NCBI GenBank assembly: GCA_965153455.1
Contig: OZ234494.1
Coordinates: 1,178,001 to 1,242,000, forward strand
DNA: 64,000 nt
Source: Sphagnum compactum
Lineage: Eukaryota
Direction: 5' to 3'
Part shown: positions 1 to 12,864 of the stretch, one piece after another
Numbering within the stretch: the first letter of the stretch is position 1
Layout: every line of letters starts with the position of its first letter
Notes under the pieces: model-generated
Databases searched by the model: none
What the model was told of the DNA's origin: nothing
The model's input: only the letters and a program-made list of their open reading frames with translations
Translations under genes and position numbers: made by a program

Positions 1-570
1 CGGCAACCATTTAAAGGGTATATCCAACAAGTGTTAGGAAATATATAAACCAATTGTTAAAACCCATTTTTGATATACCAAAGCTGTTGTAGTAATCACC
101 TTAACTTTAAGGTTAAATGTGGATATTAAGTTGGTAAACTAGTTGTCCAAGTTGTGGTGACCTACAAGGTATAGTTTAAAAATTCCACACTATACTCTTA
201 ATATCCATCTTTCACAGTGGCCTTTGCAATAATTATTCATCATTTTCTGTGAAAGCCATTAGTGTGGCTACCACTTGGCCCAAGTTGGTTGTTATTCATG
301 AGACCTAACTAATTACAAACATAATTAGATGCACATGGTACATTGATCATCCCATGTGTGTGACTCTTTTAGATCTTTGAAGTAATCCCTTGAGCAAATA
401 ACATCCAACTTGTTTTCAACTTTTACTTTTTGGTTGCAGTAAGACGGGTGCTTGTTCCACAACATTTCTACACTCTTTTATGAAAATATATGCAAAATTT
501 GAATTTAAAAAATGGGAGGCTTGAGGGAAATACATGTTGAGAATCTTGTAAAAGTGATGTGTATTATTTG

Positions 571-3500
571 TTACTGGAAACCAATAGCCACTCCACATGC
601 ATCTGAAACTATGGCTAGGGCCTTGTATTGGGACCCCATTCCAGTTGGAGAACTTTTTGGGTCATCATCCTTGTCTAGCCAGGGTGGTGGACCATCTCCC
701 ACTAAACTCCAATAGCCAAGTTGCAGAGCCTCTGCTTGCTCCTCAGTTGCATTCTGCAGCAGAGCTTCCAGTCGAAAATTGATCCCCAAATGCACCCAGA
801 AACTGCGACTGACAAACTGGGCCAAAGGGAGAAGACCCTGCTATTGCCCAACCCACCATGCAAACCCACCCGCCCACATTTCAACTCATCTTCAGATCAC
901 ATTTGCACCATCTGAGTATTTCCAATTCACTCCAACAAGCATCCCCCAGGCATAAGAGTGAACAAGAAGACAGCACATTGGTCATACAAAGAAGAATCCA
1001 TATCTGCCACAGAGAATCCTGTAGCAAATTGGGAACTTGTTCATGCTTGAAATCTTCTCATTAATATTTTTGTCCAAGATGTGTTGACTTTGATAAGACA
1101 ATAATAAACACAACTTTTCTTTTCAAACATTCTTTCATGTTGAACAAGGTGTCCCACATTTTCCACTATCCACTTCAAAGAAGCGCAGGATCAAGAAGGT
1201 GGCTTCTTCCCCCTTCTTCAGTCCTCAAAGATGCTCACTAACATGAAAATTTGGTATGACCATTCAAATGTGATGAGCAGTGCAGGGATTTCCACAAAGA
1301 AAACTTACCTGCTGCATCTTCCACTGCATGTTTGATGGCTGCAAAGTCCACATAAGCACTCAGGTCTGCTGAGCCTGGGTCTTGGAGTACCTTTACCAAC
1401 TCATGCTTTCTTATTGCCTGCCACAATGTCCTAAACAGTATCAGCGGTATTCTTCACAAATGCTGGACCTGACCGTACCATGCAATAAATTGACTACCTA
1501 TCCATGCAAATCATATCTATGTTGCCTGAAATGTTTCAAGAAAAAGCAACAGAAATAAGGAAATCACCAGATAGAGGTTGCACTAACCTGTAAGCTGTCT
1601 GATACCATGACATTGTCACCATAATCAACAACAAGGGCACCACCTCCATCCTCTCCAACTCTTCGGGCAATCTCAGCTGTCAGTTTGAGGGCACTTGGAC
1701 AAACTTCCACATGTTCAATCTTGGCCTTTTCCTCCAGTGATGCCCACTTCATCCATTTTGCTAGGTATAGACTACTAGCTGTTGTGGGTCCTGGTGATAG
1801 GACAAACCAGAAACCTGGCCTGAACAAAACCAATATGTTAGAACCAGTCACATTAAGAATTTGCAAAAAAGCACACATAAAATATGGCTTCAAAGCCTCC
1901 ACTGAATTGTGCTCTGAATGTCCTTGCAACATTGAAGCAGCTGCCACTTCTGGGTATTGCTTGAGCAAAACTCCTTTGTTTTGTTCATGGCAAGGGTTCT
2001 TGCAGTCTCTCACAAAATACTTGCCTGCATTTGAGCAGCCACTTGAAGCCTTTTGTGATCAATTCTGTACTGCTCTTTGTAAGCCCCACTAGCAAGATCC
2101 ACAGTACTTCATAAGGTTGTACCCATGAAGAAGGCACTTGCAGATGAATGTGAGTTCTGAAGCTACTGGATACAACAAGAAAAGTTGCAGGCTAGCAAAT
2201 AATACCCAGAGCCTTCAGAAACATCGACTACCTTTTCACACCATCCTTGAGGTGTCCTCTGCCTGCTTGCACATGCATCCCACAGCAGTAGGACAAGGAA
2301 CTCAGAGATAAAACCAGAACCAAGGACAAAGGGTATATTTAAACTGGAGTGCAGCCAAGACTGAGAGACTCAGATGGCCCTGCAATTCAGGACTGTAGCC
2401 TTGAGGAAAAGAGAGGGAGAGAGGATTATCTGAAATTGGTGAATAGGCAGCACATCATAGAAATCATGAGCAATTATGATTGTTGGAACTGTAGCCATTG
2501 AAACAACCCATACAAATCAATCAGATGGCACAGCTGGACAGTAAGTTTTAAGTTCGAAATACTTCTCACAGACTATATTCAACAATGCATCTCCAAATCA
2601 CTGCCACATGAACCAAGGAGTTTGATGCTCAATTATATAGATGCCTAAAGTTCTCTTCTTTTTGCTCAATAATGCTGATGAGGAAGGTGGCCACCTGCCT
2701 TAAGTGGCATGCAAGTAGAGATTACAAACCAAAAAGGTCATATGCATAGATATTGAACAAGTTTCTAATACCAAACACTAAACCCTAAACCCTATAACTC
2801 AAGCTTGAGAGGACCAACCTCCTCGTGGAACATGCTCAAGATCTAGGTGCCATGATGTTGCAGCTCCTGAAATTTGACTGATTCGATCCTCAGTAGGCTT
2901 GCCTTTCTGGCCATCTACTGCACAGGTTGAATCTGCTCGGTCCTTGGGGTGACATTTCAATGTCTGTTGTTGAATGCTCTTCAGAGCAGGGCTATATTCA
3001 ACCATATGCACTGATAGGGTGTGTGAAAAATCTTTAAACTTGGCAGTCCCCTGCCAAATACAAGATAAATAAATTTAAAAAATTGAATCAGATGATTTGG
3101 GACAATTTAGACATAAGGTGACATTGCAGCAGGCAACAGAGAGTTTTGTATTGTCAACTCCAGCTTACTTGGAGAAGATCAGCCATGAGGGTGCCCCGGC
3201 CACATTCCTAATTGGAAATAGAAAAAAAAGTTGATTGACTACAACAGATAAGTCCTCATACCCAATTCCCCTTAAGATACAACAAATGCACTTACTTACT
3301 TGGATCAAGGATTTGATGTGTTTTGCCATGGCACTCTCCTCAGCCTTGGCAAAATTAGCCTCTGCCTCGACACCCCGTACCCTCTTCATTTGATACATCA
3401 TCGCTGCCTTTGACTCCAAAATCTCTGAACTCTTCCTTCTCCCCATCTGCAATGTTGATGTTGTTTGCCTGACTTTCGCCCTCACATTCCAGCACTTGAG

Positions 3501-3672
3501 TTCTCTTCCTCCGTTGCTCTACCACTATTTCCATGTCCATGGCCGAAGAAGATTGTGCAGAAGATTGTGATTGGGATTGTGAAGAAACTGACAAACCATT
3601 TGCTGCTCGAATCAGACCCCTAATCCTAAACCCTAACCCTAAAACCTCCTTCACTCTGCCAAGGCCCGCCAT
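571..3672 (-). pseudogene. NDUFAF7: NDUFAF7/MidA mitochondrial complex I assembly arginine methyltransferase, disabled copy; exons ~3672-3300, 3207-3169, 3050-2819, 2488-2430, 2258-2206, 1819-1588, 1417-1309, 837-571
   Basis: Exon translations match plant NDUFAF7 motifs in order: KHIKSLIQ, GRGTLMADLL, GTAKFKDF..HMVEYSPAL, VPTIIIAH(D)FYD(V)LPIHQFQ, GWCEKVVDV, GGGALVVDYG, AIRKH..DPGSADLSAYVDF, LGINFRLEALLQN..GMG. Disablements: ~70 aa missing before GRGTL, frameshift in exon 1, AT instead of GT donor at 2429, and +1 frameshift at 788-790. Confidence 0.88.
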
Positions 3673-4390
3673 AGCTAAATACTCTTAGCTCACTTTCTCT
3701 CTTTTGTAACTTCGGAGTCCTTAAGGAAACAAACAAACATTTCACTAGCTAATGATTAACACTCTTGTGTTGGATACACAACAATAGAGATGTAGGAGGG
3801 TGGGCACTGTGAGTGGAGATGCTCCTAAGTTATATATTTTGTGCACTTCCAACTCTACCACATTCAACTTTTCAGATTTGCAAGCCAATGAGTGCATGCT
3901 AGGTTTAGGCACACTCTTGGAGGTTTGCATGGAACTTTTCTAAATCTGAGTTTTGCAATTCCCATTCATTTGCAAGCAACTACAGCTTGTTTGGATTAAA
4001 CTTTGTTAGCTCGTCTCCATGGGAGGGAGAGAGAACACCCAAAGATGCAGAGTTCATTCAGTCCCACATTTTGAGGGACATTTCTTCATTGAACTACTAC
4101 AGATGCTGGTTTGGAAGGAAATAATTACCAGTTCTTTCACAGATCCGGTTCTCTTGAAAAACAAGGCCTCAGAAACACACTGGCCCTGCCAATAGATAAG
4201 ATGTTGTACATCTATCTACTGTGTCCACACTCTGAACACCAAAAAAATCCGTTCCAATCTAAATAGTCTAAACACCTTCATCAAAGAAACCGGTTCTAAT
4301 AGGGTAATGTGAAACCGTTCTAACAAGGTAAAACTTTCAAAAGTTGGATCCAATGCGATAGCCCCTGTCCCTGTGAGGGCAGGGCGCAAC

Positions 4391-4934
4391 AAGGGGTGTG
4401 TCACACTGTGGCTTTGCCATTTACATTAAGAAGTATTCTTAATGCAAAAGAAGAATTATGAAAACTCAAATATTTCATCATCCAGAAATGTAATCTACAA
4501 AAATCCTCTACAAGAAACCAAAATCCTTCAAGATATTATAACTCTATAACTACCTTACCCTAAGGCCAGTTTAGTTATTAAATAATCCTCAAACTAGTGA
4601 AACTAATTTTTGTGAAAATAAGAAGTTGACTTGTTGAAAATCATCATAATTATGATAGGTTAAACGTTATATAATTTCATTACTCATACGACAATATTGT
4701 AGTAGATCATGGAAAATGAAATAATTTAAAGTTATTATTTTATTTTATTTTTTGAAAAAAATAATTACTCGATTTGTCAATGTGGAAGTTGACCTTAGGT
4801 CATGGTAATCTCAAGTTCCAACACAATCCAAGATATCATCTTTCGAAAATCCTCCTATGAAAATAGACTTATTACCTAGGGAACAAAATCCATTAAGCTA
4901 CTATACGCTATAATGAATCTGAACACAACATCCT
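4391..4934 (+). repeat. ~290-bp dispersed repeat, copy 1 (interrupted by a MITE)
   Basis: Begins aaggggtgtgtcacactgtggc and ends tataatgaatctgaacacaacatcc; aligns by eye with 4946-5235 and 43487-43764. Confidence 0.85.
4553..4805. mobile_element. Tc1/mariner (Stowaway-like) MITE, ~253 bp, TA target-site duplication
   Basis: Imperfect TIRs ccttaccctaaggccagttt / aagttgaccttaggtcatgg (14/20), flanked by TA at 4551-4552 and 4806-4807. The paralogous repeat at ~43632 shows the empty site ataac-TA-atctcaag. Confidence 0.8.
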
Positions 4935-4945
4935 TCCCTACCTAC

Positions 4946-5235
4946 AAGGGGTGTGTCACACTGTGGCCTTGCCATTTACATTAAGAAGTATCTTAAGGAA
5001 AAAGAAGAATTATGAAAACTCAAATATTTCACCATCCAAAAATATAACCTTCAAAAACATCCTCTAAAAGAAACCAAAATCCTCAAGATATTATAACTCT
5101 ATAACTGATCTCAAGTTTCAACACAATCCAAGATATCATGTTTCAAAAATCCTCCTATAAAAATAGACCTATTACCTAGGGGTCAAAATCCCTTAAGCTA
5201 CTATACAATATAATGAATCTGAACACAATATCCTT
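4946..5235 (+). repeat. ~290-bp dispersed repeat, copy 2 (tandem to copy 1)
   Basis: Direct similarity to 4391-4934 without the MITE. Confidence 0.85.
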
Positions 5236-6466
5236 GCCTTGGTAGGCAAGACCAATAAAGTTCTCATGTGCCTTGGCATGCACTGAAAATCCATGTGCAA
5301 TGATGTAGAAATGTTCAATATTTTTGCATAACATTTATTTTTTGTTGGAATCCATTTCAAAGTGAACAGGGTTTCAACTTTTTCATGACTTTTTCATGTT
5401 CAGGGAACCGCTTTATTCGAAGTGTTCATTGGTTATTGTATTATCCAATAATCATTAGGTAGGTTTTCTTATGAATTTGTTTTTGGAATCACATAGGTTA
5501 TCAATATCAACATTAAAAAAATGAGATTATAAAAAAAATTGTCACAACAATTTACCAAATAAAATAATCAATTTATTTGATTACTAGCAATAACACTATT
5601 ATAAAAGAACCTATTTGGTAATCACATACAAAGGTTAATTGTCTACAAACCAGTTAGTAGATTATTAATAACCGGCTTGATAATGGGTCCATCAAAACTT
5701 CACAACTGGCTAACATTGGTTTATTTTGAAGGTTTGTTTCCCCTATCTCATTTTTGTGTGCACATTTTGTGTGTGTGATTTTGTTAGTTTGGATAATGTT
5801 GGGTGTTCACAAAACAACACACAATAGATGTTACACAACCAGCTACTTGTTTCATAACAGCATTTTAACAAAATGCGCACCTGACCATGCTTTTTATTTT
5901 CTTTCGCATGTCCATCTTGCACATGTCAAAATAATGTGCCTTGCATATTAACCTTGGCAGCTCTAGTTTTTGGTCTGGCCTAAGCCAAAAGGAATGTTGA
6001 ATCTTGATCAATGGGTTACAAAAAATAATAATAGATTTTGTAAGCTGATACCTATATAAATGATTTGTGAATAATGTTACAAGATGGGTGGATGAAAGGA
6101 TCCAACCCATCTTGTAACATGTTGGCTGGACATATGGTAAAGCTGAATATTTGCGGTCAGGCCTAGTGTATACAAACCATGAGGTGACATCAGGTGCAAA
6201 ACAAAATTTGCATGCAAGTTTCACATTTGATATTGCGCAACAAACACAAAGTTCACGAAGTTCAATGGGGGTCACCTGGCAAAGCTCAAACCCTGACCTC
6301 TCAGTCCTTTGAGTTTCAGACCTGAGAAAGTGAACTATGGACCTGGCAAAGTAAATTGTGGAACTGGCAATGTCACCATGCTAAGCACATGTTCACTTAC
6401 ATCTTAGTGGTTTCAAATACCCTATCTACACGTGCAAGCCAACCCCTCCATATATCACATTTTTTA

Positions 6467-6774
6467 GAGCATCTCCACCCCCACACCAGCAAACGCCGCT
6501 TTTCATTAAATCTTGCAGCAGGATAAGTGCAAATCCTGCTTCTCTCCAGTATTGATGGTCCATTTTGCAGTGGTCATTTTAACCCCTTTTAAAAGCTTCT
6601 TTTTACTATGGATATGGAGAGTGACTATTCCTCATACAGATGTGAAGACATAAATGGTCTTTGAGTGTTTAAAGGCACTTTTCTGCCGTTTGTGGGTGGG
6701 GACAGTGATCATTAAACCATATCCCAATCTAAAATAAAGGAGTTTTTTTTGCCCATGTGGGGATGGAGATGCTC
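6467..6774. mobile_element. PIF/Harbinger (Tourist-like) MITE, 308 bp
   Basis: 19-bp TIR gagcatctccacccccaca / tgtggggatggagatgctc (1 mismatch), with TTA on both sides. Confidence 0.88.
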
Positions 6775-9700
6775 TTAGGTGTTTCTTTTTTAAAGCAATC
6801 CCATGAAATGCACATTTTGTCTGTTGTGTTGTTTTGATGTTTTTGGGCCATCACATGGATGGATGGTACATTTTGTTTGTTGTTTTGACAATTTAGACCA
6901 TCTTGGCCTGTTACTTGCGTGGACTTGGTTATCCGAGCCTGGTTCCAGTCAGGTTTTGGAATGGGAATTGAAATTGGGTCCCATTTTTAGAACCAAATGG
7001 GATCAGAATCAAAACCTGAACAGGATTAGAACCACCCCCCATTAGCATTGAGTTAACCGGAATTGGACCCTGGGTTGAATTTCAAACTCATTTGATAATC
7101 AGATTTAGATTGAGATTTTTTTTTAAAAATCTAGTTTCGATTTTAGGGTTTAAGGAGTTTTTTACTTTTTGAAAAAATTGAAACTTCTTTCTTCAATTTT
7201 TAAGGAAGCCTAAGTTGGAGCAACCCCAAGGCTCCAATCCAAACCAATCATGTGTCCATTGTGAAAAAAAACTCAGGTTTGGGATAAAGGCATCCACTAG
7301 GGTCCAATTTTTTTTTGATGATTGATTTCTTTTCAAATTTCTCAAACTTAATGTTTGCAAGGAAACAAGTTCTGCACCCATCCAAACTTGTCACATGTCC
7401 ATTGTTAAAAAAAGTCTTGGAGGTAGCTATCCATAGTAAACAACAATGTGAAGAGTTAACATGTTTGTTGGCAACAACTAATAGAGTCAAGGTTGTTCAT
7501 TGGCAAACACTAATTCAAGGGCAAAAACAAACACTTGTTCCAAGGCAAAAACTATGACGACATTATTTGTTGATGGACTGTCACCAAAAAACAAAGGCAA
7601 TACATTCTGCAGTGTGCACATCCCCATTGCTGGACATCCATGGACTGAAGTATATTTTTGAAACTTTTACTAAAACATGACAATTCTGATTCAAACATTT
7701 TTCTTCTTCTAGATCCTAATAGACATCTAAGTTCTATGGCCTTAATTTTATGGACCACAAAGGATCAAGCATTCATCTTGATTTCCTCTCTAGGAGTCAA
7801 CAGGTTGTTTTATGTGGTTGGCAGCTCATACCCAACAACATAATGCCCATAGAGATTAGCTCTACTACTTCAACATGGTTCAGTCTCAGAGATTGGACAG
7901 AGATTCAGGGCAAGGTCAGCCAGTACAATCATCTCTACTTCTCAGCATTCCCTCATTCCCAAAACCCCCAGAGCTCCCACAATGCAGCAGGTATTTTTCT
8001 CAAGACAAAACCTAGTTCAAGAATCCCCAGAAACACCACGAATGAACTGCCACACAACCACTGTAGAAATCCTACACGCTCATCCTCTCCCTTGTGTTGG
8101 TCCCTACAGAAACACATCAATAATTTTGGACCTTTTCCTGACATTTTAACACAGCAGAATTTTACTTTTTAGGATTCTTCTGATCCAGTCCTCCTGATCA
8201 AATTCTGCTTCTATCTAACACCCTAAAATCCAAATCTGACCACACCTTCTTATATTCCCAAAAGTCTAACAACTTTTTTTCTTTCATCACTGAAGACCCC
8301 TCTTCCCTTCCTTAACCTGCCGCTAATATCTTCCCGATCACCTCATCTCCTTGCTTCCCCAAAATCCAAATCTGCTAATCCCCTTACAAAAATCTGATCT
8401 ACAAAGCTTCTCCAGAGTTTTCATTAATTTGCTCAGATTGCGTTCCATCCCAAATGTTATCTCACCAACTTCCTCCTGCAAAACAACAAAACAATAAAAA
8501 ATATGAGCATATTTTTCAGCCACCAGTTAGGGTTTGTAGTTTTCATCCACAGAAAAACAAATGACACTGTTGTTAGGTTACAGGACACCCACTCAATGGT
8601 GAAAACATTAAAAAAACTTGTCAAAGTTATTCACTAGCAAACATCACACGGTTGACGTAGTGTTCATTGCCATGGAAGTTACCATGGGAGCATGTTGTGG
8701 TTGCAACAAGGGGCTATTCGTGGTTAATAGCCCGCCAAGTTTGGAGTTGTTCATGAATGAATTGCTAGTCAAGAGCTGCAGTGAGCAATTAGTCAACCAA
8801 TTGTTCATATGGCAAGTTCAAATTGATGTTGAACTTGTCTTTTCTCGAACCTAAAGTTTGAATTTTTTTTTAAATAATCAAAATAATCAAAAAATCAAAA
8901 AAAATGTTGAAAGAACGAAAATTAAAAAACATGTGATAAGTTCAGATTGGTGCCAAACTTTGTTTTAGGTTTAATAAATTACCCAAAAAATGAAAAAATA
9001 AAAAGGAGGTTCGAATTAGACCCCCTTGATGCCTTTATCTCAAACCTCCCCCAAAACTTTCAAACATGGCAAGTTTTCCTAGAACCTAGGAAATTAAAAA
9101 AAACTTCATTAACGAATAGTGATGGTGATGGCACCTCATTGTTCAACTACGCCCCCCCCCCCTTCTACTTTGCTTCCTTTTGTGCAATTGTTGTTGTTGT
9201 GATAGTTGATGGTGTTCTTGCTACTACAACTCTTATTGTTACCACACAACACCCTGATGCCAACAACCTTTGCAACATGCAAAAAAAATGTTTTTCCTTT
9301 ATCTGTGTAGCTCTTGTTGTTGTAGTCATTGTGCTTCCAACAACATCAACATTAAAAAAAAATTAAAGACAAGGAAAGAGGGGGAAAATAAAAAGAAATA
9401 TACATTAAAAAGATGAAAGGGAAATGGGGCTGCACTAGTGGAAGGGCCTTCTACCTTGCTTGCCTCGTACAAACTTTTCTTCCTCTTTATTCATAAACAA
9501 AACATTTCCATCCACTCTTTGGGTACATAAGCCCCTCTAGGATTTAAATCTTCAAGGAATGTTGTGAACACAAACCAAAATAAAAAACAATACCTCACCA
9601 CTTAGCCTTCAAGCAATAGCTCCAACGTAAAACACAAATTACAAATCTAGTGCTTATAAAATTAAATCTAATTACAACACAACACAAAACTAGATATCAC

Positions 9701-12290
9701 TTTTGGTGATTCAAAAAGATGCACTCACTTGTAATGCACAAGAATTAAGCCCAAACACAATGTTCATAAAAGTTATGACATGCATAAACGCACAACTATA
9801 GAAAAAATAAGGGCAAGGTGTTGCAATTTCAAATCGCTAAAAGAGGTTTTGATCCCCTTGAATAAAATAATAAAAACATGTTCACATCAGAATTGGTTCC
9901 TTATTAATCAACAATAAACCAAAATAATTAAATTAACCCAACTTAGCACCAAATTAACTATGACTTAATTAAGTAGCTCACATAACACACATAATATATA
10001 TTTTTTCCTTGGGATAAATTTAAGTTTAAAAAAATAAAATGCATTGTCCATTTTGATATTTTGGATGTTGGAACAAAACTCATATCTGAAATAAAAAGGA
10101 ATTAGAACTAAACCTAGACCACTCTTTTCAAAAATGTTAGGAACTAGAACCAAGGGATCCCCCTAAAACCAGGGAACTAACCAACATTGGTTTTAAGCAT
10201 TTAAAGGTGCTTTCCAAATCTTTGCAATTCACAAAATAATTGTGGGATGAACATGATATTCACATTGTGATTTTATTATACATGGCATTGTTTCATTGAT
10301 TGAAACATGAAGAACCCTAGATGAAGTCAATGTCTCTAGTCCATGTTTCTATTGGGTGTATTGTTATTGTTTAACATTTTTATCTCATGTTTTGTGTGAG
10401 ATGATGTGAGCTTTGTAAGATTTTCCCTAATTCTCCAATGGCACAAACACAATAATTCTTACATGGTGAGACTCGATTGGAATTAAGTCATGTTAATTAA
10501 TAACACAAGATTCAATGGTGTACAACTGTGTGTGAAGTGTGAACCCAAGGATGGGATGGGATGGGAGGGTTGTGTCCTTATCCCCAATAAATTTTTTTAA
10601 TGAAACAAAAATCATATCAAAAAATGAAAACAAACAAAAAAATTTATGCAAAAAGTATTTCATGTTCGGTATAAGTAAAATGGAGGTGAACACTCAACTT
10701 GTAGTCCATGCAATGTAAAAAAATACCATTAATGTAAACAATCATCAACTGCTAATGTCCACAATCAACTTTCAATAGAATGTGGCGGGAAAAAAATTTC
10801 AATGGATGGTCAATGTGAACATCCAACCTTGCAAAGTTCATGTCCATAAAACAAAATTTATTGAATTTTTGTTTTCCTTTAAATTATCTTAGCTCAATTT
10901 TATCATTAGTGCATACACAAATCATTATTTCCTTCTCCTATGTTTTACTGATGTTTCTTTAGCTCCAAATTTTTCTAAAAAATGGTTTGGATTTTGTGTC
11001 CTTTAATTATTCACCAATTCCAAAAATGAGATATAAGGCCATTTCCAACAATGATCAATTGTGGCTTTGCTTATTGCTTCATGTCAAGATTCTTGGAACC
11101 TATATTAAAGTACACTTCATATGCTACAATTTCAATGCTTAGAATTGAAAGTTTGACCATATTAATGTCATTAGATAGAAATCCCAATGTGGAAACTCTA
11201 GCTAGTTTTGTTACAAATCAATTTAGCCATTTAATATAGTAGGATGTTGCTACTATGTTGAAAAGGTAGTTAGTCTCTTTCATCATCTATCCACCTATTA
11301 ATTCTTATCTACCCTTTCACAATGCCATAAGGTTTGGGATGTTTTTTAGCCTTAAACTCCAACAACTATCCAAGCCTTATTAATGGGAAAGGATTAATGT
11401 TACAAGCTAAACACATGAGTTAGGCAAATTACATGTTAGTCACCCCTAAACCACAAACAAAACACATGGTTATTTTGAAACTTGATGCATTTTGAAAAGG
11501 ATATCATCTTTAAATCTTTGAACTCCTTAGAAGTTGTATTCCTTTGCTACAAATTGCATCCATGAACAAATTTATTTACTTATGTGTTTAGCACCAAGTT
11601 CAATACATCTCCATTATATGTCTAAACGTATTTTAAAAACATTTTGGCATATGTAGAGCACACCTTTCACACTCAAATCCACATTCACACAATTGCTCAC
11701 CACAACAAAATGATTGTCTTATTATTAACCTAAAGTTAAGAAGGGGGAGAAAATTGTTAACAAAAACACAAAAATACAAAAGGCATGAACAAAACATGCA
11801 CATACCAAAACAAAAGAGAATTCCAAAGGATGTGATCAAAGGGCATGCAAAGGGCATGTACCATACTAGAGTACAATTGACATGAATTAATACAAAAGAA
11901 AAGGGTTCAAGGATTGTGAAGACCATATTGTTCAATGAAGACAATGAACATGAATCAGATGGGGGTTCTAGGGGTGTGCAACATAGAATGAGGACTAGGA
12001 AGAAGGAAAAACAGAAGGAGTGAGAAAAAAGGAAAGAAAAAGGTAGGTGGGCAGGGTAAAAGGGTTAGTACATTATAATATTTGAATAGAAAAAACAAAA
12101 TTGATATTCAAGGATTCATCTTGGTTGAATTGGAATTCCAAAACATGTTTTAATTAAGTTGTTTGAACCTTTAATGTCCTATGACCATTTTAATTTTAAG
12201 TGAACATTGATTGAATATAGATAGGTAAAACACTAAATAAATTGTGCATCAAAATACAAAATATGGTTTTCAAATTAGCTTACGAAATGG

Positions 12291-12864
12291 GTAGTTGCAA
12301 GTTAGGGTGGTTCAAAAATGAGAAGAATCCAAGTCCCAAAAGCCTATATTTTAACATTAACATGAAAAAAAATTAAAAATTAATGTTGAATGGGCTTTAT
12401 GTGGTGATTAATTAAGTAATAAAGTCCATAGGAAAGGTTGCCTTTTTAAATAACTCTTTGACGTACATGTTAGGGGGAAAAATATCTATCCAATACAAAA
12501 TGATCGAGATAAGGACTTTTGAAAATAAAGTTCAAATATGGTCAAACAAAAGTCCATGGTTGTTTTATGGTTAAAGTTTTTGTTGTTAGCTTATTTAATC
12601 CATTTTTTTTTATCAAGTCCCTATAAAAGATGAAATTATAATAAAAAATGTTTTTGAATGTTAATGAAGAATTCAAACCAAAATTTATATGTCCACTTTA
12701 AAAGTCCATTAGAATACGATTACTGTATGTTTATTAAATTTCACCCCTCTAAATATTTTCTTCAAATTAATGATTTTATAATGCATTTGTGGCATTTGAA
12801 TAGAGTACACTTTGCAAAAAGTCCATAAAAACACAAAAAGTGATCCACCCTAACTTGTAATTAC
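12291..12864. mobile_element. non-autonomous TIR element (MITE-like), ~574 bp
   Basis: 24-bp inverted termini gtagttgcaagttagggtggttca / tgatccaccctaacttgtaattac (21/24) around an AT-rich non-coding interior; no clear TSD. Confidence 0.6.

Noticed and set aside
2781..3643. Short AAACCCT runs at ~2781 and ~3620
   Set aside because: Only 2-3 units; common interstitial telo-box-like motifs, not a telomere or fusion site.
4061..4070. gtcccacatt resembling the plant snRNA upstream element (also at ~1151)
   Set aside because: Imperfect match, no correctly spaced TATA box and no recognisable snRNA or snoRNA downstream.
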